DNA of 64,000 bases from Fimbriimonadales bacterium (GTDB lineage Bacteria; Armatimonadota; Fimbriimonadia; Fimbriimonadales; JABRVX01), in contig BTVI01000011.1 of assembly GCA_045862955.1 (NCBI GenBank), positions 21,646 through 85,645 on the forward strand, in the 5' to 3' direction. Below, one piece after another: positions 31,095-41,681 of this stretch. Every line of letters starts with the position of its first letter. The stretch's first letter is position 1. The position numbers and the translations under genes are program-made. The notes beneath the pieces are model-generated. The model saw only the letters and a program-made list of their open reading frames with translations. It did no database searches and was not told the DNA's origin.

Positions 31095-31099
31095 CGTTG

Positions 31100-31333
31100 C
31101 TATCCCGTGTCGAACTTGATGTGCACTTGCAGGTGCTGTTTCTGCGCCGCCGCTCCGACAATCGTGCGGATCGCATCGGCCACTCGCCCGCGTCTGCCAA
31201 TGATTTTGCCCACGTCGTCAGGCGCGACACGCACGACGTACTCCACGGAGTCACCGCGACGCGATTCCCGGACGGTTGCCTGCTCCGGCAGGTCCACTAC
31301 CCTATGGACAAGCGTCTCAACCAGCTTCTTCAT
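31100..31333 (-). CDS. khpA: KH-domain RNA-binding protein KhpA
   Basis: DVGKIIGRRGRVADAIRTIV; conserved synteny. Confidence 0.9.
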   Translation of the reverse strand: MKKLVETLVHRVVDLPEQATVRESRRGDSVEYVVRVAPDDVGKIIGRRGRVADAIRTIVGAAAQKQHLQVHIKFDTG

Positions 31334-31358
31334 GGGTCCATGCCCCCTTAGCTATGCC

Positions 31359-31850
31359 TTACGACTGCTCTTCGCCCTCTTCCGCAGCAGGCTCCGCGGC
31401 GGCCGCCTCGGCCACTTGCGGCTCCGCTTCCGCGGAGGTCTCGGGCGACGGCTCGTCGCCAGTCGACTCTGCGACCGATTCCTCCGGTGCGGACTGCGCC
31501 ACGACCTCTTCCACCGCGGGCTCGGGTTGCGGCGCGGGTGCTGCGACGGGAGTCGCCACCGGCTCGCTCTTGGGCTTGGGCGTGTACTCCTTGCCCTTCG
31601 CCTTCATGAAGGCCGCCCAGATGCCTTGCTCTTCCAGCAGGTACTTCACGGTGTCAGTCGGCTGGGCGCCCACCGAGAGCCAGTACAATGCCCTCTCGGA
31701 ATCGAGACGGACAGGCAGGTCGGTCAGCGGGTCATAGGTTCCGATGACCTCCTTGCTGCGACCGCCGCGGGCACGCGTGCTGTCCGTAACCACGACCCTG
31801 TAGAAAGGGCGCTTCTTCGCCCCGATCCTGCTCAATCGAATACGAACCAT
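31359..31850 (-). CDS. rpsP: 30S ribosomal protein S16 with acidic P/A/E-rich C-terminal extension
   Basis: MVRIRLSRIGAKKRPFYRVVV...GAQPTDTV. Confidence 0.96.
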   Translation of the reverse strand: MVRIRLSRIGAKKRPFYRVVVTDSTRARGGRSKEVIGTYDPLTDLPVRLDSERALYWLSVGAQPTDTVKYLLEEQGIWAAFMKAKGKEYTPKPKSEPVATPVAAPAPQPEPAVEEVVAQSAPEESVAESTGDEPSPETSAEAEPQVAEAAAAEPAAEEGEEQS

Positions 31851-31869
31851 GCTGTTCCTTCAAGCCTCC

Positions 31870-33219
31870 CTACGATCTGTGAGCCTTTCCTAGGCGCTTC
31901 ATGCGCTTTCTCATGCCCATGACGCCCTTCATCATCCGGCGCATATCATGCAACTGCATGATCAGCGCGTTGACATCTTCCAGCCGCACGCCGCTTCCCG
32001 CAGCGATGCGGCGCTTTCTCGACCCGTTCAGGATCTCTGGGTTTCGGCGCTCCTCTGGGGTCATGGAGAGGATAATCGCTTCCACCCGCGACATCGTCTT
32101 ACCTTGCAGCGCTTCCTTCGCACCTCGAACCTGACTCATGCCAGGCACGAGATCCACCAGTTTCTCCAGCGGGCCCAACTTCTTCACCATCTGAAGCTGC
32201 TGCAGCAAGTCTTCGAAGCTAAGCTGACTCGTGCGCAGCTTGGCTTCCATCTGCATCGCTTGTTCCTGCGAGATGGCCTGCTCAGCCTTCTCGATGAGCG
32301 AGAGCACGTCGCCCATCCCCAGAATGCGGCTCGCCGCCCGATCCGGGTAGAAGGGCTCCAGTGCGTCCGTCTTCTCGCCCGTGCCCACGAAGCGGATGGG
32401 CTTTCCGCACACGGCGCGGATGCTCAGCGCTGCACCGCCGCGCGCATCTCCGTCCATCTTCGTAAGGATCACGCCATCCAGCCCCAGCCGCTCGTGGAAC
32501 GCCTTCGCCACGTTGACGGACTCTTGACCCGCGCTTCCGTCCACCACCAGCAGCGTCTCGTGGGCAGCCGTTGCACGCTTCACTTCGGCGACCTCGGCCA
32601 TCAGGTCATCATCAATCTGCAGCCGCCCGGCGGTATCGAGGATCAGCGCCGAAATGCCTCTGCCGCTAGCGTTGGAGGCATCCGAGCACGCCGCCAGGGC
32701 ATCCTTCGCCACCCGCACCGGGTCCGCTAGCCCCTCCGGAGCGAACACCGGTGCACCTACTTGCTCTCCCAAGACTCGAAGTTGTTTCACCGCAGCCGGA
32801 CGCTGTAGGTCGCACGCCGCGAGCATTGCGGTCTTTCCGAGACCTTGAAGCCAGCGCACCATCTTGGCTGCAGTGGTGGTCTTCCCCGAGCCCTGCAGCC
32901 CGCATAGCAGGAACACGGTCGTTCCGTTCGGGTTCCAGTTGATCTCTACGGGCTCGCCACCTAGCAGCTCCACCAGGTGATCGCGAACGATCTTCACCAC
33001 CTGCTCGTCGGGCTGCAGCGCCTCCCACACCCGCTCCCCGACCGCTTTCTCTCGAACGGCCTGCACGAAGTCCTTGACTACTTTATAGTTGACGTCCGCT
33101 TCGAGCAGCGCAACGCGCACCTCACGGAGAGCGTCCGTTACGTCCTTCTCCGTGAGGCGACCCCGACCGCGCAACCGGCCGAAGATGCCACCTAGCTTCT
33201 GGGTAAGCGATTCGAACAT
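31870..33219 (-). CDS. ffh: Signal recognition particle protein
   Basis: GLQGSGKTT, DTAGR, TKMDGDARGG, M domain with SRKRRIAAGSG. Confidence 0.97.
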   Translation of the reverse strand: MFESLTQKLGGIFGRLRGRGRLTEKDVTDALREVRVALLEADVNYKVVKDFVQAVREKAVGERVWEALQPDEQVVKIVRDHLVELLGGEPVEINWNPNGTTVFLLCGLQGSGKTTTAAKMVRWLQGLGKTAMLAACDLQRPAAVKQLRVLGEQVGAPVFAPEGLADPVRVAKDALAACSDASNASGRGISALILDTAGRLQIDDDLMAEVAEVKRATAAHETLLVVDGSAGQESVNVAKAFHERLGLDGVILTKMDGDARGGAALSIRAVCGKPIRFVGTGEKTDALEPFYPDRAASRILGMGDVLSLIEKAEQAISQEQAMQMEAKLRTSQLSFEDLLQQLQMVKKLGPLEKLVDLVPGMSQVRGAKEALQGKTMSRVEAIILSMTPEERRNPEILNGSRKRRIAAGSGVRLEDVNALIMQLHDMRRMMKGVMGMRKRMKRLGKAHRS

Positions 33220-33262
33220 GGAGCGGGAGCAGTATACCCAGAGGCCGCTCGCCTGGCGGCCC

Positions 33263-36130
33263 CTAGGGCTCGGCTCGCGGCAGCCGCAGGGCGTGCTTGC
33301 CCGCCCCCAACTCGCCGGGCTGGCTGCCCAGCCGGTACCCAGGAGGCGCCTCCAGCACGCCGACTACTCCTTCGGGTAGCTCCGCCTCTAACTCCATGCC
33401 GTCCTCCGCCACGCTCCACCGAACACCGATGGGGCCGTGAGGAGTGGGAACGCGGCCCTCGGCCCATGACAGGCCTCCCGGTGATGGCGCGATCGATGCC
33501 CGCGTAAAGCCCGGCTCCAGCGGGCGTACGCCGAGCACCTGGGTGCCTAGGAAGTACGCCGGACCCGCACCCCACGCGTGGCAGTGGCTCCGGGTCCACC
33601 TGCCGCTGTCGAAGAAAGACGGAAACACCTCCCAACAGGTCGTGGCGCCACGGTCTAGCATGAAGCCCCACTTGTCGCGGATGACGTTCAGCATGTCCTC
33701 TGTCCAGCCCATCTCGGCCAGCATCTCGAGCCAGAAGAAGGCGAAGAACGGCGTGCCGACACGCACCATCCCGTCCGGGGGATTGGTCAGGGCGTCGTGC
33801 AACACGATTGCCCGATCTTTTCGTGCCGCGCGGTATCGCAGGGCCAGGATCTGCGTCTGCTGACTCACCACGTCACTCAGCGAGCCATCTGGCTTGAGGC
33901 AGTCTACATAGGCACGCTTCTCCTCCGACCAGAGGTTGGATATGATCGCGTCGATCAATGCGTCGGCGGCGCCGTCCCACTGTGCCGCTGCGGATTCGTC
34001 ACCGAAGGTTCTCAGCAGTCGCGACAGGCTCCGCCACGAGCCGGCCAAGAGTAGGTTCTGGGGCGTCACCACCCCCTCGTTCGGCTGGTCCATCGGTGCC
34101 CAGTCGGTCAGGTTCCACGCTTTGATGGCGAACAGCCCCTCGGCGTTCAGCATGGTCCTTGCATTACTTGCCTGCTTGACGAGAGCAGGCAGTAGCTCTC
34201 GAATGAGATCGCGATCGCCCGTGTGCATGTAGTAGTCTTCACATGCCAGCGCCCATAGGAAGGACCAGTTGGGGATGATGTCCTGCCACGCGCTCGGGCA
34301 CTGCGACTCCACGAGCTTCGAGCGTTTGAGCGATCGCGCCGCGAGTCGCAGGCACCGCGCGGCTAGATCATACGCACCGAAGCAGTAATAGGCTGCGAGT
34401 GCCTCGGGACGGCTGTCACCCACCCAAAAAGTCTGCTCGTACGTGGGGCAGTCGGTGAAGGTATCCTCCATGCAGACGCGCGTGGTGTGTGCGCACATCT
34501 CCCAAACTCGATTGAGCGTGTCGTCGCTACACTGGAACGCGCCCACCGGCTCGACGGGGTAGGTGGCCTCGATGATCCGGACAGCATGCAGCTTCACGGG
34601 CTGCGAATGGTCTCTCACTGTTACGATCAGGTACCTAGCACCATGCCGAACGAACGAGCGGAAGGTCTGTCTGCCGCCACGACACCGGTACCGTAGCGTA
34701 TTCTCCATGTCCCACGGCAGGTCTCGAATCCCCTCCTGGTACGCCTCGAAGCCGAGGATGTCAATGGTCGTACCCTCCTCGGCTTCGACGTCAATCTCCC
34801 AGTAACCGATCGTTAGCTTCTCGAACTCCAGAACGATCTCGGTGTCCCCACCACCAGATGGTTCGATGGTGGTCCCAACTCCCTTTGTTAGCCCTTCGTG
34901 GACCGAGCGGTCTAGCGCTCGCACTTCTTCGGCATAGGCCACATCTGCAGTCACGCAGTTGTGGTGCACATCGAGCGCCGTCACTGCTTGTATCATCGGT
35001 GCGGCTACCGCGTCGAAGTCTTCGACGTTCCTGCATCGCAGGAGTTTGTCGAATTTGGGGTCCGTTCGTGGCAGAGTGATCGTCACGAACTCTGCGCCAG
35101 GCATGTTCGGTGCCCGTACTCCCATCGAACGGCCCGCCTCCAGCACTGCCTGTGTCCGCCACTCGTGATGAACCCCCGAGAGCACCCAAATGAAGAGGTT
35201 CGGCCCGTGAGCTAGGGGTGCCCGGTACCTTCGCGAACCCGCCCACGCGGGCAGCCGCGATGGGACCTCTTTCAATGGCTCACCATTCACAGTGAGTGCG
35301 CCGGGCTCCGAGCCCACTCCGCGCAGCTCCAACTCGATGGGTTGACCGCTTGTCGACTCGGCCACCGTCACCAGCAGACCAGAGATCTCACGCAGATCCG
35401 AGCCACGATAGCCGGGAAGTAGGTTGCGACGCAGCGAGACCGACCACACCGTCCGGGGCGCACGTACAATCCGCACTTCCCGCACCGCGATGGGTGATAG
35501 CACCTCGTCCGTGAGGAAGGGAACATCTCTCGGCGAGAGCCGGGTCCAGGGAGGGGTCCCTACGGGGCCGATGAGAGTGGCACGGTCCCAAAACGAGTGA
35601 TCGTACTCGGCGGTGGTCCAACCCTCGGGAGCGAGAGCTGCATCATACGCCTCGGCCCACCCCTGCTGGCAGCTTATTCTTAGCGTCTCGCGGGAGTAGG
35701 CGGCAAACTCCCGAACGCGCCACGTCTGGTCGGATGCCAGTATCGTAGCGTCCGGCGCATCGATCTGCGCCAGTAGACCACCTCGACTAGGAATGTACTG
35801 GAAGTTCCCCACGCCGAACTCGTGCACTAACACGGCGATCGCGTTTCGGCCAGCGTGAAGAAGATGGCCCACATCGTAAGTGTCGTAGCGGTAGTCGTCT
35901 GGCCAGGACCTAACAGGACCCTGGCCCAAGAGCCTGCCGTTCAGCCAGACGCGATATCTGGAGTCCGCCGTGATCCTCAGCTTCGCATCCGGATAGGAAT
36001 TCTGTAAGTCGAAGCTCTTACGAAAGCAGAGCCACTGGTTCCACTGTGGCTCTTCGTGATCCGACCATATCCAGGATGCCTGCCATCGAAATCCGTCTTC
36101 AGTCACTACCGGGACCTCCTGCGGAAACAT
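33263..36130 (-). CDS. GH78 alpha-L-rhamnosidase-like protein, no signal peptide
   Basis: [35 protein letters not shown]; overlaps the carB end. Confidence 0.85.
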   Translation of the reverse strand: MFPQEVPVVTEDGFRWQASWIWSDHEEPQWNQWLCFRKSFDLQNSYPDAKLRITADSRYRVWLNGRLLGQGPVRSWPDDYRYDTYDVGHLLHAGRNAIAVLVHEFGVGNFQYIPSRGGLLAQIDAPDATILASDQTWRVREFAAYSRETLRISCQQGWAEAYDAALAPEGWTTAEYDHSFWDRATLIGPVGTPPWTRLSPRDVPFLTDEVLSPIAVREVRIVRAPRTVWSVSLRRNLLPGYRGSDLREISGLLVTVAESTSGQPIELELRGVGSEPGALTVNGEPLKEVPSRLPAWAGSRRYRAPLAHGPNLFIWVLSGVHHEWRTQAVLEAGRSMGVRAPNMPGAEFVTITLPRTDPKFDKLLRCRNVEDFDAVAAPMIQAVTALDVHHNCVTADVAYAEEVRALDRSVHEGLTKGVGTTIEPSGGGDTEIVLEFEKLTIGYWEIDVEAEEGTTIDILGFEAYQEGIRDLPWDMENTLRYRCRGGRQTFRSFVRHGARYLIVTVRDHSQPVKLHAVRIIEATYPVEPVGAFQCSDDTLNRVWEMCAHTTRVCMEDTFTDCPTYEQTFWVGDSRPEALAAYYCFGAYDLAARCLRLAARSLKRSKLVESQCPSAWQDIIPNWSFLWALACEDYYMHTGDRDLIRELLPALVKQASNARTMLNAEGLFAIKAWNLTDWAPMDQPNEGVVTPQNLLLAGSWRSLSRLLRTFGDESAAAQWDGAADALIDAIISNLWSEEKRAYVDCLKPDGSLSDVVSQQTQILALRYRAARKDRAIVLHDALTNPPDGMVRVGTPFFAFFWLEMLAEMGWTEDMLNVIRDKWGFMLDRGATTCWEVFPSFFDSGRWTRSHCHAWGAGPAYFLGTQVLGVRPLEPGFTRASIAPSPGGLSWAEGRVPTPHGPIGVRWSVAEDGMELEAELPEGVVGVLEAPPGYRLGSQPGELGAGKHALRLPRAEP

Positions 36131-39100
36131 AGTCGTTCAGTGCCCGACAGCTCACCCTGGTAGGCCTGCACTCGGCCTCGAGCGTTAGCACCAGCGCCTC
36201 TGCGGTGTCCAGCGATGTCAAGCACGGGACCCCATGCTCCACCGACGCTCTGCGCAATAGCCGTGCCTGCTTCTCCACGGCCCGGTCCGTTGAAGCGGTA
36301 TTGATCACCAGCGCCACTCTCCCGCCCCGAATCAGATCCATGACGTCGGGTGACCCCTCACCCATCCGCGTAACACGCTCGGCGGCCAGCCCCGCCTCAC
36401 GCAGCGCTACGAACGTGCCGTGCGTTGCAGCCAGCCCGAAGCCCACGGCAGCCAACCTTCGAGCAATTGCGACTGCTCGCGGCTTGTCTCGATCCGCCAC
36501 CGTCAAGAGAGCTAGCCCATCTCGTCTAGGGTATAGCCCTGCAGCCTCGATGGCTTTGGCCAACGCAGAGGGGTAGTCGCCGTCCACTCCCATAATCTCG
36601 CCGGTAGATTTCATCTCCGGCCCCAGCATAGGTTCCACCTTCGTCAGCTTCTGGAAGCTGAATACCGGCGCCTTCACCGCGAAAACCCGCGTTGGCATCG
36701 GCGGGGCCTCTGGCAGCTTCTCTCCCAGCATCACGTGCACAGCCAACCGAACGAGCGGGACCCCTGTCACCTTGCTGATGTAGGGAACCGTCCGGCTGGC
36801 CCGTGGGTTCACCTCCAGCACGAACGGCACCTCGTCGGCTATCAGAAACTGGATGTTCAGCATCCCACGCACGCCGAGTTCCAGCGCGATTCGCATCGCA
36901 CTATCCCGGATGCGATCCTGAACCTCTGACGACAACGAGATGGGCGGGAACGAAGCCATGCTATCGCCCGAGTGAATTCCCGCCGCCTCGATGTGCTCCA
37001 TGATGCCGGATAGGATCACCCTCTCACCATCACACACCAGGTCCACCTCGGCCTCTCGACCGTGGATGAACTTGTCAACCAGTACCGGCGCCTCGGACGA
37101 AGCTGCAGCCGCGCTCATCCACACCGACTCCATCTCCGCCTCGTCATACACCACGGTCATCGCGCGGCCGCCGAGGACGAACGACGGGCGTACCAGTACC
37201 GGATAGCCGATCTCCTGAGCCACCTTCATCGCATCGTCAACTGTCAGCACGCCCTTGCCAGGCGGTTTGGGAAGGCCCAAGCGAGACAGAAGGCGCTCGA
37301 ACTGGTCACGGTCCTCGGTCGCGTCCATCACATCGGCAGGCGTACCGAGAATGCGCACTCCGGCCTCGGCCAACGGCCTTGCCAGGTTGACGGCGGTCTG
37401 CCCGCCGAATTGCACGATCACGCCCTCTGGCTTCTCGTGGTCCACCAGATTCAGCACGTCCTCGAGCGTGATCGGGTCGAAGTAGAGGGCGTCGGAGATA
37501 TCGAAGTCGGTGCTAACCGTCTCTGGGTTGCTGTTGATGATAACCGCCCGGCGGCCCATCTCCCGCAGGGCCTCCACAGCGTGTACGCTGCAGTAGTCGA
37601 ACTCCACTCCTTGTCCGATCCGTATCGGGCCCGATCCCAATACGAGCACCGCTGACCCGTCGCGCGGTGGCGTGTCGTCGCTCTCGCCCCAGTAAGAGGC
37701 GTAGTAATACGGAGTTGCCGCTTCGAACTCGGCGGCACACGTGTCCACCATCTTGAACGCGGGTGCCACTCCTTGCTCCAGCCTCGCCGCGCGGGCCTCC
37801 AACTCGGTACACCCTGCCGCTAACCCAATCGTCCGATCGGAGAAGCCCAAGCGCTTGATACGGCGCAGTTCCAGAGGGTCGCTTAGTACGGTCTTCCCGT
37901 TGCCGCACAGGTAACGCTCGGTCTCCACCAAGTGGCGCAGTTTGCTAAGAAACCAACGATCGATGCTGGTCAACCCAGCCAGGTACTCCACCTCGTTACC
38001 GCGGCGCAGGCACTCGATGACGGCCCAAAGCCTCTCGTCGGTCGGCGTCTTCGCAGCCTCGTGCAGCTCGTCATCGGGGAGACGCTGTAGCGCAGGGTAG
38101 CTCAGCCCGTCCGTGCCCAACTCCAGGCTGCGAAGCGCCTTCATTAGCGCAGCCTCGAAGGTGCGCCCGATGGCCATCACTTCGCCTGTGGCTTTCATCT
38201 GCGTGCCCAGCCGGCGGTCGCCATGCCCGAACTTATCGAAGGGCCATCTCGGGATCTTCACCACGCAGTAGTCCAGAGCCGGCTCGAAGAACGCTTTTGT
38301 CCTCTGCGTCACAGCGTTCGGTATCTCGTCCAGGCGAAGGCCAACCGCGATCTTTGCGGAGACGCGCGCAATCGGATAGCCGGTCGCCTTGCTCGCCAGG
38401 GCGGACGAGCGTGAAACGCGCGGATTCACCTCGATCACGTAGTAATCGAAGCCGCTCGGGCTGACGGCAAACTGCACGTTACAGCCGCCTTCGATGCCCA
38501 GGGCGCGAATGATGCGGAGAGCAGCGCTGCGAAGAAGCTGGTACTCGATGTCGGAGAGCGTCTGGCTGGGAGCAACGACGATGCTGTCTCCCGTGTGCAC
38601 CCCCATCGGGTCCAGATTCTCCATGTTGCACACGGTGAGGCAGTTGTCAGCCCCGTCGCGCATCACCTCGTACTCGAGTTCCTTCCACCCGAGCAAGCTG
38701 CGCTCCACCAGAATCTGGTTGCGCATTGAGAGAGCGAGACCCCGCGCACCGATTTCTAACAACTCCTCCGGGCTCTCGGCTACCCCTCCGCCCGTCCCGC
38801 CGAGCGTATACGCGGGCCGAATAATACAGGGGTATGGGGCGAACTGGGAGAGCTTCTTCAGCTCGTCCATGCTCTCTACGATCCAACTCTCGGGTACCGG
38901 CTCGTTGATCTTCCGCATCGTCTCACGGAACAGCTCCCGGTCTTCGGCCCGATGGATAGCATCGAGAGGGGTGCCGAGGAGTCGCACTCCGTACCGGTCG
39001 GTGATGCCGGCGTCGGCAAGCTGCGCGGCGAGGTTCAGGCCGGTCTGCCCGCCCAGCGACGGGAGGAGCGAGTCCGGTCGTTCCTCGGCGATGATCCTTT

Positions 39101-39323
39101 CCAGAAACTCTGGGGTGAGAGGTTCGATGTACACCCGGTCCGCCATCTCGACGTCGGTCATGATGGTAGCGGGGTTGGAGTTGACCAATACGACCGACAC
39201 GCCCTCTTCACGAAGCGAGCGGCAGGCCTGGCTACCTGCGTAATCGAACTCGGCGGCCTGCCCAATGACGATCGGACCGGAGCCGATCACTAACACCTTT
39301 CGAATAGAGGGATCGCGTGGCAC
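36099..39323 (-). CDS. carB: Carbamoyl-phosphate synthase large subunit
   Basis: [37 protein letters not shown], second ATP-grasp, MGS domain; GTG start. Confidence 0.97.
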   Translation of the reverse strand: MPRDPSIRKVLVIGSGPIVIGQAAEFDYAGSQACRSLREEGVSVVLVNSNPATIMTDVEMADRVYIEPLTPEFLERIIAEERPDSLLPSLGGQTGLNLAAQLADAGITDRYGVRLLGTPLDAIHRAEDRELFRETMRKINEPVPESWIVESMDELKKLSQFAPYPCIIRPAYTLGGTGGGVAESPEELLEIGARGLALSMRNQILVERSLLGWKELEYEVMRDGADNCLTVCNMENLDPMGVHTGDSIVVAPSQTLSDIEYQLLRSAALRIIRALGIEGGCNVQFAVSPSGFDYYVIEVNPRVSRSSALASKATGYPIARVSAKIAVGLRLDEIPNAVTQRTKAFFEPALDYCVVKIPRWPFDKFGHGDRRLGTQMKATGEVMAIGRTFEAALMKALRSLELGTDGLSYPALQRLPDDELHEAAKTPTDERLWAVIECLRRGNEVEYLAGLTSIDRWFLSKLRHLVETERYLCGNGKTVLSDPLELRRIKRLGFSDRTIGLAAGCTELEARAARLEQGVAPAFKMVDTCAAEFEAATPYYYASYWGESDDTPPRDGSAVLVLGSGPIRIGQGVEFDYCSVHAVEALREMGRRAVIINSNPETVSTDFDISDALYFDPITLEDVLNLVDHEKPEGVIVQFGGQTAVNLARPLAEAGVRILGTPADVMDATEDRDQFERLLSRLGLPKPPGKGVLTVDDAMKVAQEIGYPVLVRPSFVLGGRAMTVVYDEAEMESVWMSAAAASSEAPVLVDKFIHGREAEVDLVCDGERVILSGIMEHIEAAGIHSGDSMASFPPISLSSEVQDRIRDSAMRIALELGVRGMLNIQFLIADEVPFVLEVNPRASRTVPYISKVTGVPLVRLAVHVMLGEKLPEAPPMPTRVFAVKAPVFSFQKLTKVEPMLGPEMKSTGEIMGVDGDYPSALAKAIEAAGLYPRRDGLALLTVADRDKPRAVAIARRLAAVGFGLAATHGTFVALREAGLAAERVTRMGEGSPDVMDLIRGGRVALVINTASTDRAVEKQARLLRRASVEHGVPCLTSLDTAEALVLTLEAECRPTRVSCRALNDYVSAGGPGSD

Positions 39324-39489
39324 TCTTCCACCGGCCTGCGTGGCCTCGGCATTGTAGCTACAGGAGATTGCCAAAGGCAAGGCAAGCCTAGGGCCACGAC
39401 GAGCGCGATGCAATGCATTCAGCTCTGAGCACGGCGCGGGTGACACGGGATATCGTCATAACATGCTCGGTGTGGGTACGATGAGGCGG

Positions 39490-39809
39490 ATGGATGTGGA
39501 TCCTTCGGTGGTCGAGAGAATCGTGTGCGCCCTGAGGTCTCAGTTCACCGTGCGACGTGTGATGCTGTTTGGGAGCCACGTCCGTGGCGGATCACGGCCG
39601 GACAGCGACTCTGACGTGCTTGCCGAGGTCGAATCGGACCGCCCTACTGGGAGCGCCAGCGCCAGGCGCCTCGCGCTCTACCCGGCCGTACGTTCTCCGT
39701 CGCCCTAATAGTCAAAACCCCGGCGGAGATCCGCAGAGCGCGGGAGGACCTGGGGTCAGTCGTTCGCCAAGCCGAGATAGAGGGAGTCGCGGGCTATGTG
39801 TCTCCCTGA
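39490..39809 (+). pseudogene. Frameshifted minimal nucleotidyltransferase (MNT antitoxin)
   Basis: VMLFGSHVRG...DSDSD; after a shift near 39650 it continues ...FSVALIVKTPAEIRRARED...EG..YVSP*. Confidence 0.72.
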
Positions 39810-39978
39810 GCCGGTGACCCGTTGGCTCGAGCACGCAGAGTCCGACCTCCGGGTAATCACCTTGTTGCTAGCAGCTGATGCCTTTCCTCCCGATCCTGTC
39901 TAATTCCATGCGCAGCAGGCAGCCGGGAAGGCGCTGCAGGGGCTGCTGGTTGACGATGTGGCAAGCCCTGACGTCTAG
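39796..39978 (+). pseudogene. Truncated HEPN-domain toxin with internal stop
   Basis: WLEHAESDL...DPV*FHAQQAAGKALQGLL (TAA at 39901); C-terminal half missing. Confidence 0.75.
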
Positions 39979-41264
39979 TTCGCCTTTTTCGCCCTACGCA
40001 TCTCCTCGGCCAGCGACTTGATCTCCGTCAGGTCACGCTTCATCTCGCTCCACCCATACCACAGCGCGTAGTCCGGGTTAGCATGGAACGTGCCCTGGAA
40101 AGTGCGCATCCGATGCTCGAGGAACATCACGAATAGCTTCTGCTCGATCTTCGTCGGCGCATCGTGGAACGTCAGCAGGTCGGGGAATGCAGCTCCGTAG
40201 CCTTCGGGCTTCTGAAGAGTGCCGTCGGCGTAGAGGCCAGCGACGATCCGAATGGCCTCCGCCATGAGATGGTCGGCCTCCTTGATCATCTCGTCACCCT
40301 TCTCCAGCACGTGACCCGCGAAGTTCGCCGAGTGGCACTGGTTGCAAGTCTTCAGCATCTTGTCCCGCTCTTTCTGCCAGTCCTCTTGGGTCAGGCGGGC
40401 AACATCCGCGGCCTTTACGGCTTCGAGCCTCGCCGTCGGTTTGCCGTCGGGGTCCAGTACGCCGAGTCCCTGAAGGATCGTCAGCCGGTCGGCGGCCCAC
40501 TGCTTGTCCTCTGGCATGGGCAGTCGAACCGCGAGGAATCCCCAGGCGGTGCGGACGCCGTGGTGCCCGTCCTGCATGTGGCACGTCTGGCAGGTCGGGG
40601 CCGCTGTGCCCTCAGGCAGAACCCCGTTCTGCTTCAACAGGGCCCGAACACCGTGCTTCGACGAGGAGTACATCTCCCAGTGTGGATGGTCGAAGCCCAT
40701 GTGGCAGGTCTGGCAGGCCTGAGGCTGCCGCGCCTCGGCCAGCGAGAATGCGTGACGCGTATGGCACGAGTCGCACGAGGCCACGCCGAAGTGATTAGCG
40801 CCGCCTTTGATCTGCTTGATTTCTTCCTCCGACTTGAGGCCGATCTTGTGGCAGCCGCCGCATCCAGCCATCCCGATGGTCAGTGCCATCGGCTGATAGT
40901 GGATCGTCGGCATCGCCTTCATCGCAACCCATGCCTTCGCATGCTTGCCGCTCTTGAACTGCTCGACCTGCTCCTCGTGGCAGTCGTTGCAGGTGTCCGG
41001 CGTCGGAATCTTCACCTTCGCTACGTCAGCCGCGGACTTGTGCTCATCGCCGTGGCACACCGAGCAATCCACGTCGTTCTGACTATGCTTGCTCAGCTTC
41101 CATTCCGCCACGATCTGAGGGGTCACCTTCAGGTGGCAGGAAACGCAGTCGCTGGCTGCTTCCTGCTCTCCCTTCTTCGTGAAGTTCGCCAATCCGAACC
41201 ACGGCAGCGCCGCTGCGATTCCCACAGTCGCAACTGCGGCCAGAACCGGCCTCGTGATACCCAT
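39975..41264 (-). CDS. Octaheme cytochrome c, hydroxylamine oxidoreductase (HAO) family
   Basis: Eight CxxCH motifs (CVSCH, CSVCH, CNDCH, CGGCH, CDSCH, CQTCH x2, CNQCH), CHMGFDHP, FHANPDY; signal peptide; AGGAGG before ATG 41264. Confidence 0.85.
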   Translation of the reverse strand: MGITRPVLAAVATVGIAAALPWFGLANFTKKGEQEAASDCVSCHLKVTPQIVAEWKLSKHSQNDVDCSVCHGDEHKSAADVAKVKIPTPDTCNDCHEEQVEQFKSGKHAKAWVAMKAMPTIHYQPMALTIGMAGCGGCHKIGLKSEEEIKQIKGGANHFGVASCDSCHTRHAFSLAEARQPQACQTCHMGFDHPHWEMYSSSKHGVRALLKQNGVLPEGTAAPTCQTCHMQDGHHGVRTAWGFLAVRLPMPEDKQWAADRLTILQGLGVLDPDGKPTARLEAVKAADVARLTQEDWQKERDKMLKTCNQCHSANFAGHVLEKGDEMIKEADHLMAEAIRIVAGLYADGTLQKPEGYGAAFPDLLTFHDAPTKIEQKLFVMFLEHRMRTFQGTFHANPDYALWYGWSEMKRDLTEIKSLAEEMRRAKKAN

Positions 41265-41401
41265 CGCTGTCCTCCTACGACATTGCTCCCTCGCCACGGC
41301 GACAATCGGTTCGTCGGGCCAGAGCTTGCGGATCTCACGTCAGTGTTCTCCGCCTACCGCCATGATTCCTCTTTGTCTCCGACTGCGAGATGGCTACCCA
41401 C

Positions 41402-41481
41402 AAAATGGGTGGGGAGAAGCGGTGCGGGGGAGACCGCTTCTCCCACAGGGGGTTATATGGTGAGGTGGAGACCGGGTTTAC
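41402..41481 (-). ncRNA. Candidate ~80-nt C-rich small RNA or attenuating leader
   Basis: Lies between a good promoter and a 12-bp perfect stem (GGGAGAAGCGGT/ACCGCTTCTCCC) followed after a few nt by TTTT; no family recognised. Confidence 0.45.
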
Positions 41482-41487
41482 AGCGAC

Positions 41488-41517
41488 ATGGTATCACAGG
41501 GTTGTGGCATGTGTCAA
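41488..41517 (-). promoter_or_regulatory. sigma70-type promoter with extended -10
   Basis: TTGACA-N18-TACCAT with TG-n before the -10 box. Confidence 0.65.
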
Positions 41518-41681
41518 GGCACTTTCGGATAGTCTTCGGGCAAATCTAGGCCAATCGGTCAAAAATCGGAGCCTCAGGACAAAACTTCGGATATTTATCC
41601 ATGCTAAGTATTTCGCAGAGACCGCAATCCGCGAACCCTTGGCCTAATCGGTGTAGTGCCGCCGACAGCCGCCCTGCCGGG

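Noticed and set aside
28024..39903. Stop-codon recoding at the in-frame TAA codons (28024 and 39901)
   Set aside because: TAA ends normal genes here, and both loci carry other lesions, so they are pseudogenes.
39975..41264. Evidence for ammonia oxidation or anammox
   Set aside because: No amo, cycAB or hzs genes; HAO-family octahemes are widespread and this one looks reductive.
40164..41549. 461-aa plus-strand ORF and similar long ORFs (47976-49319, 46889-47995, 51405-52445, 25579-26592)
   Set aside because: Antisense or off-frame shadows of well-supported genes, expected at high GC; no motifs.
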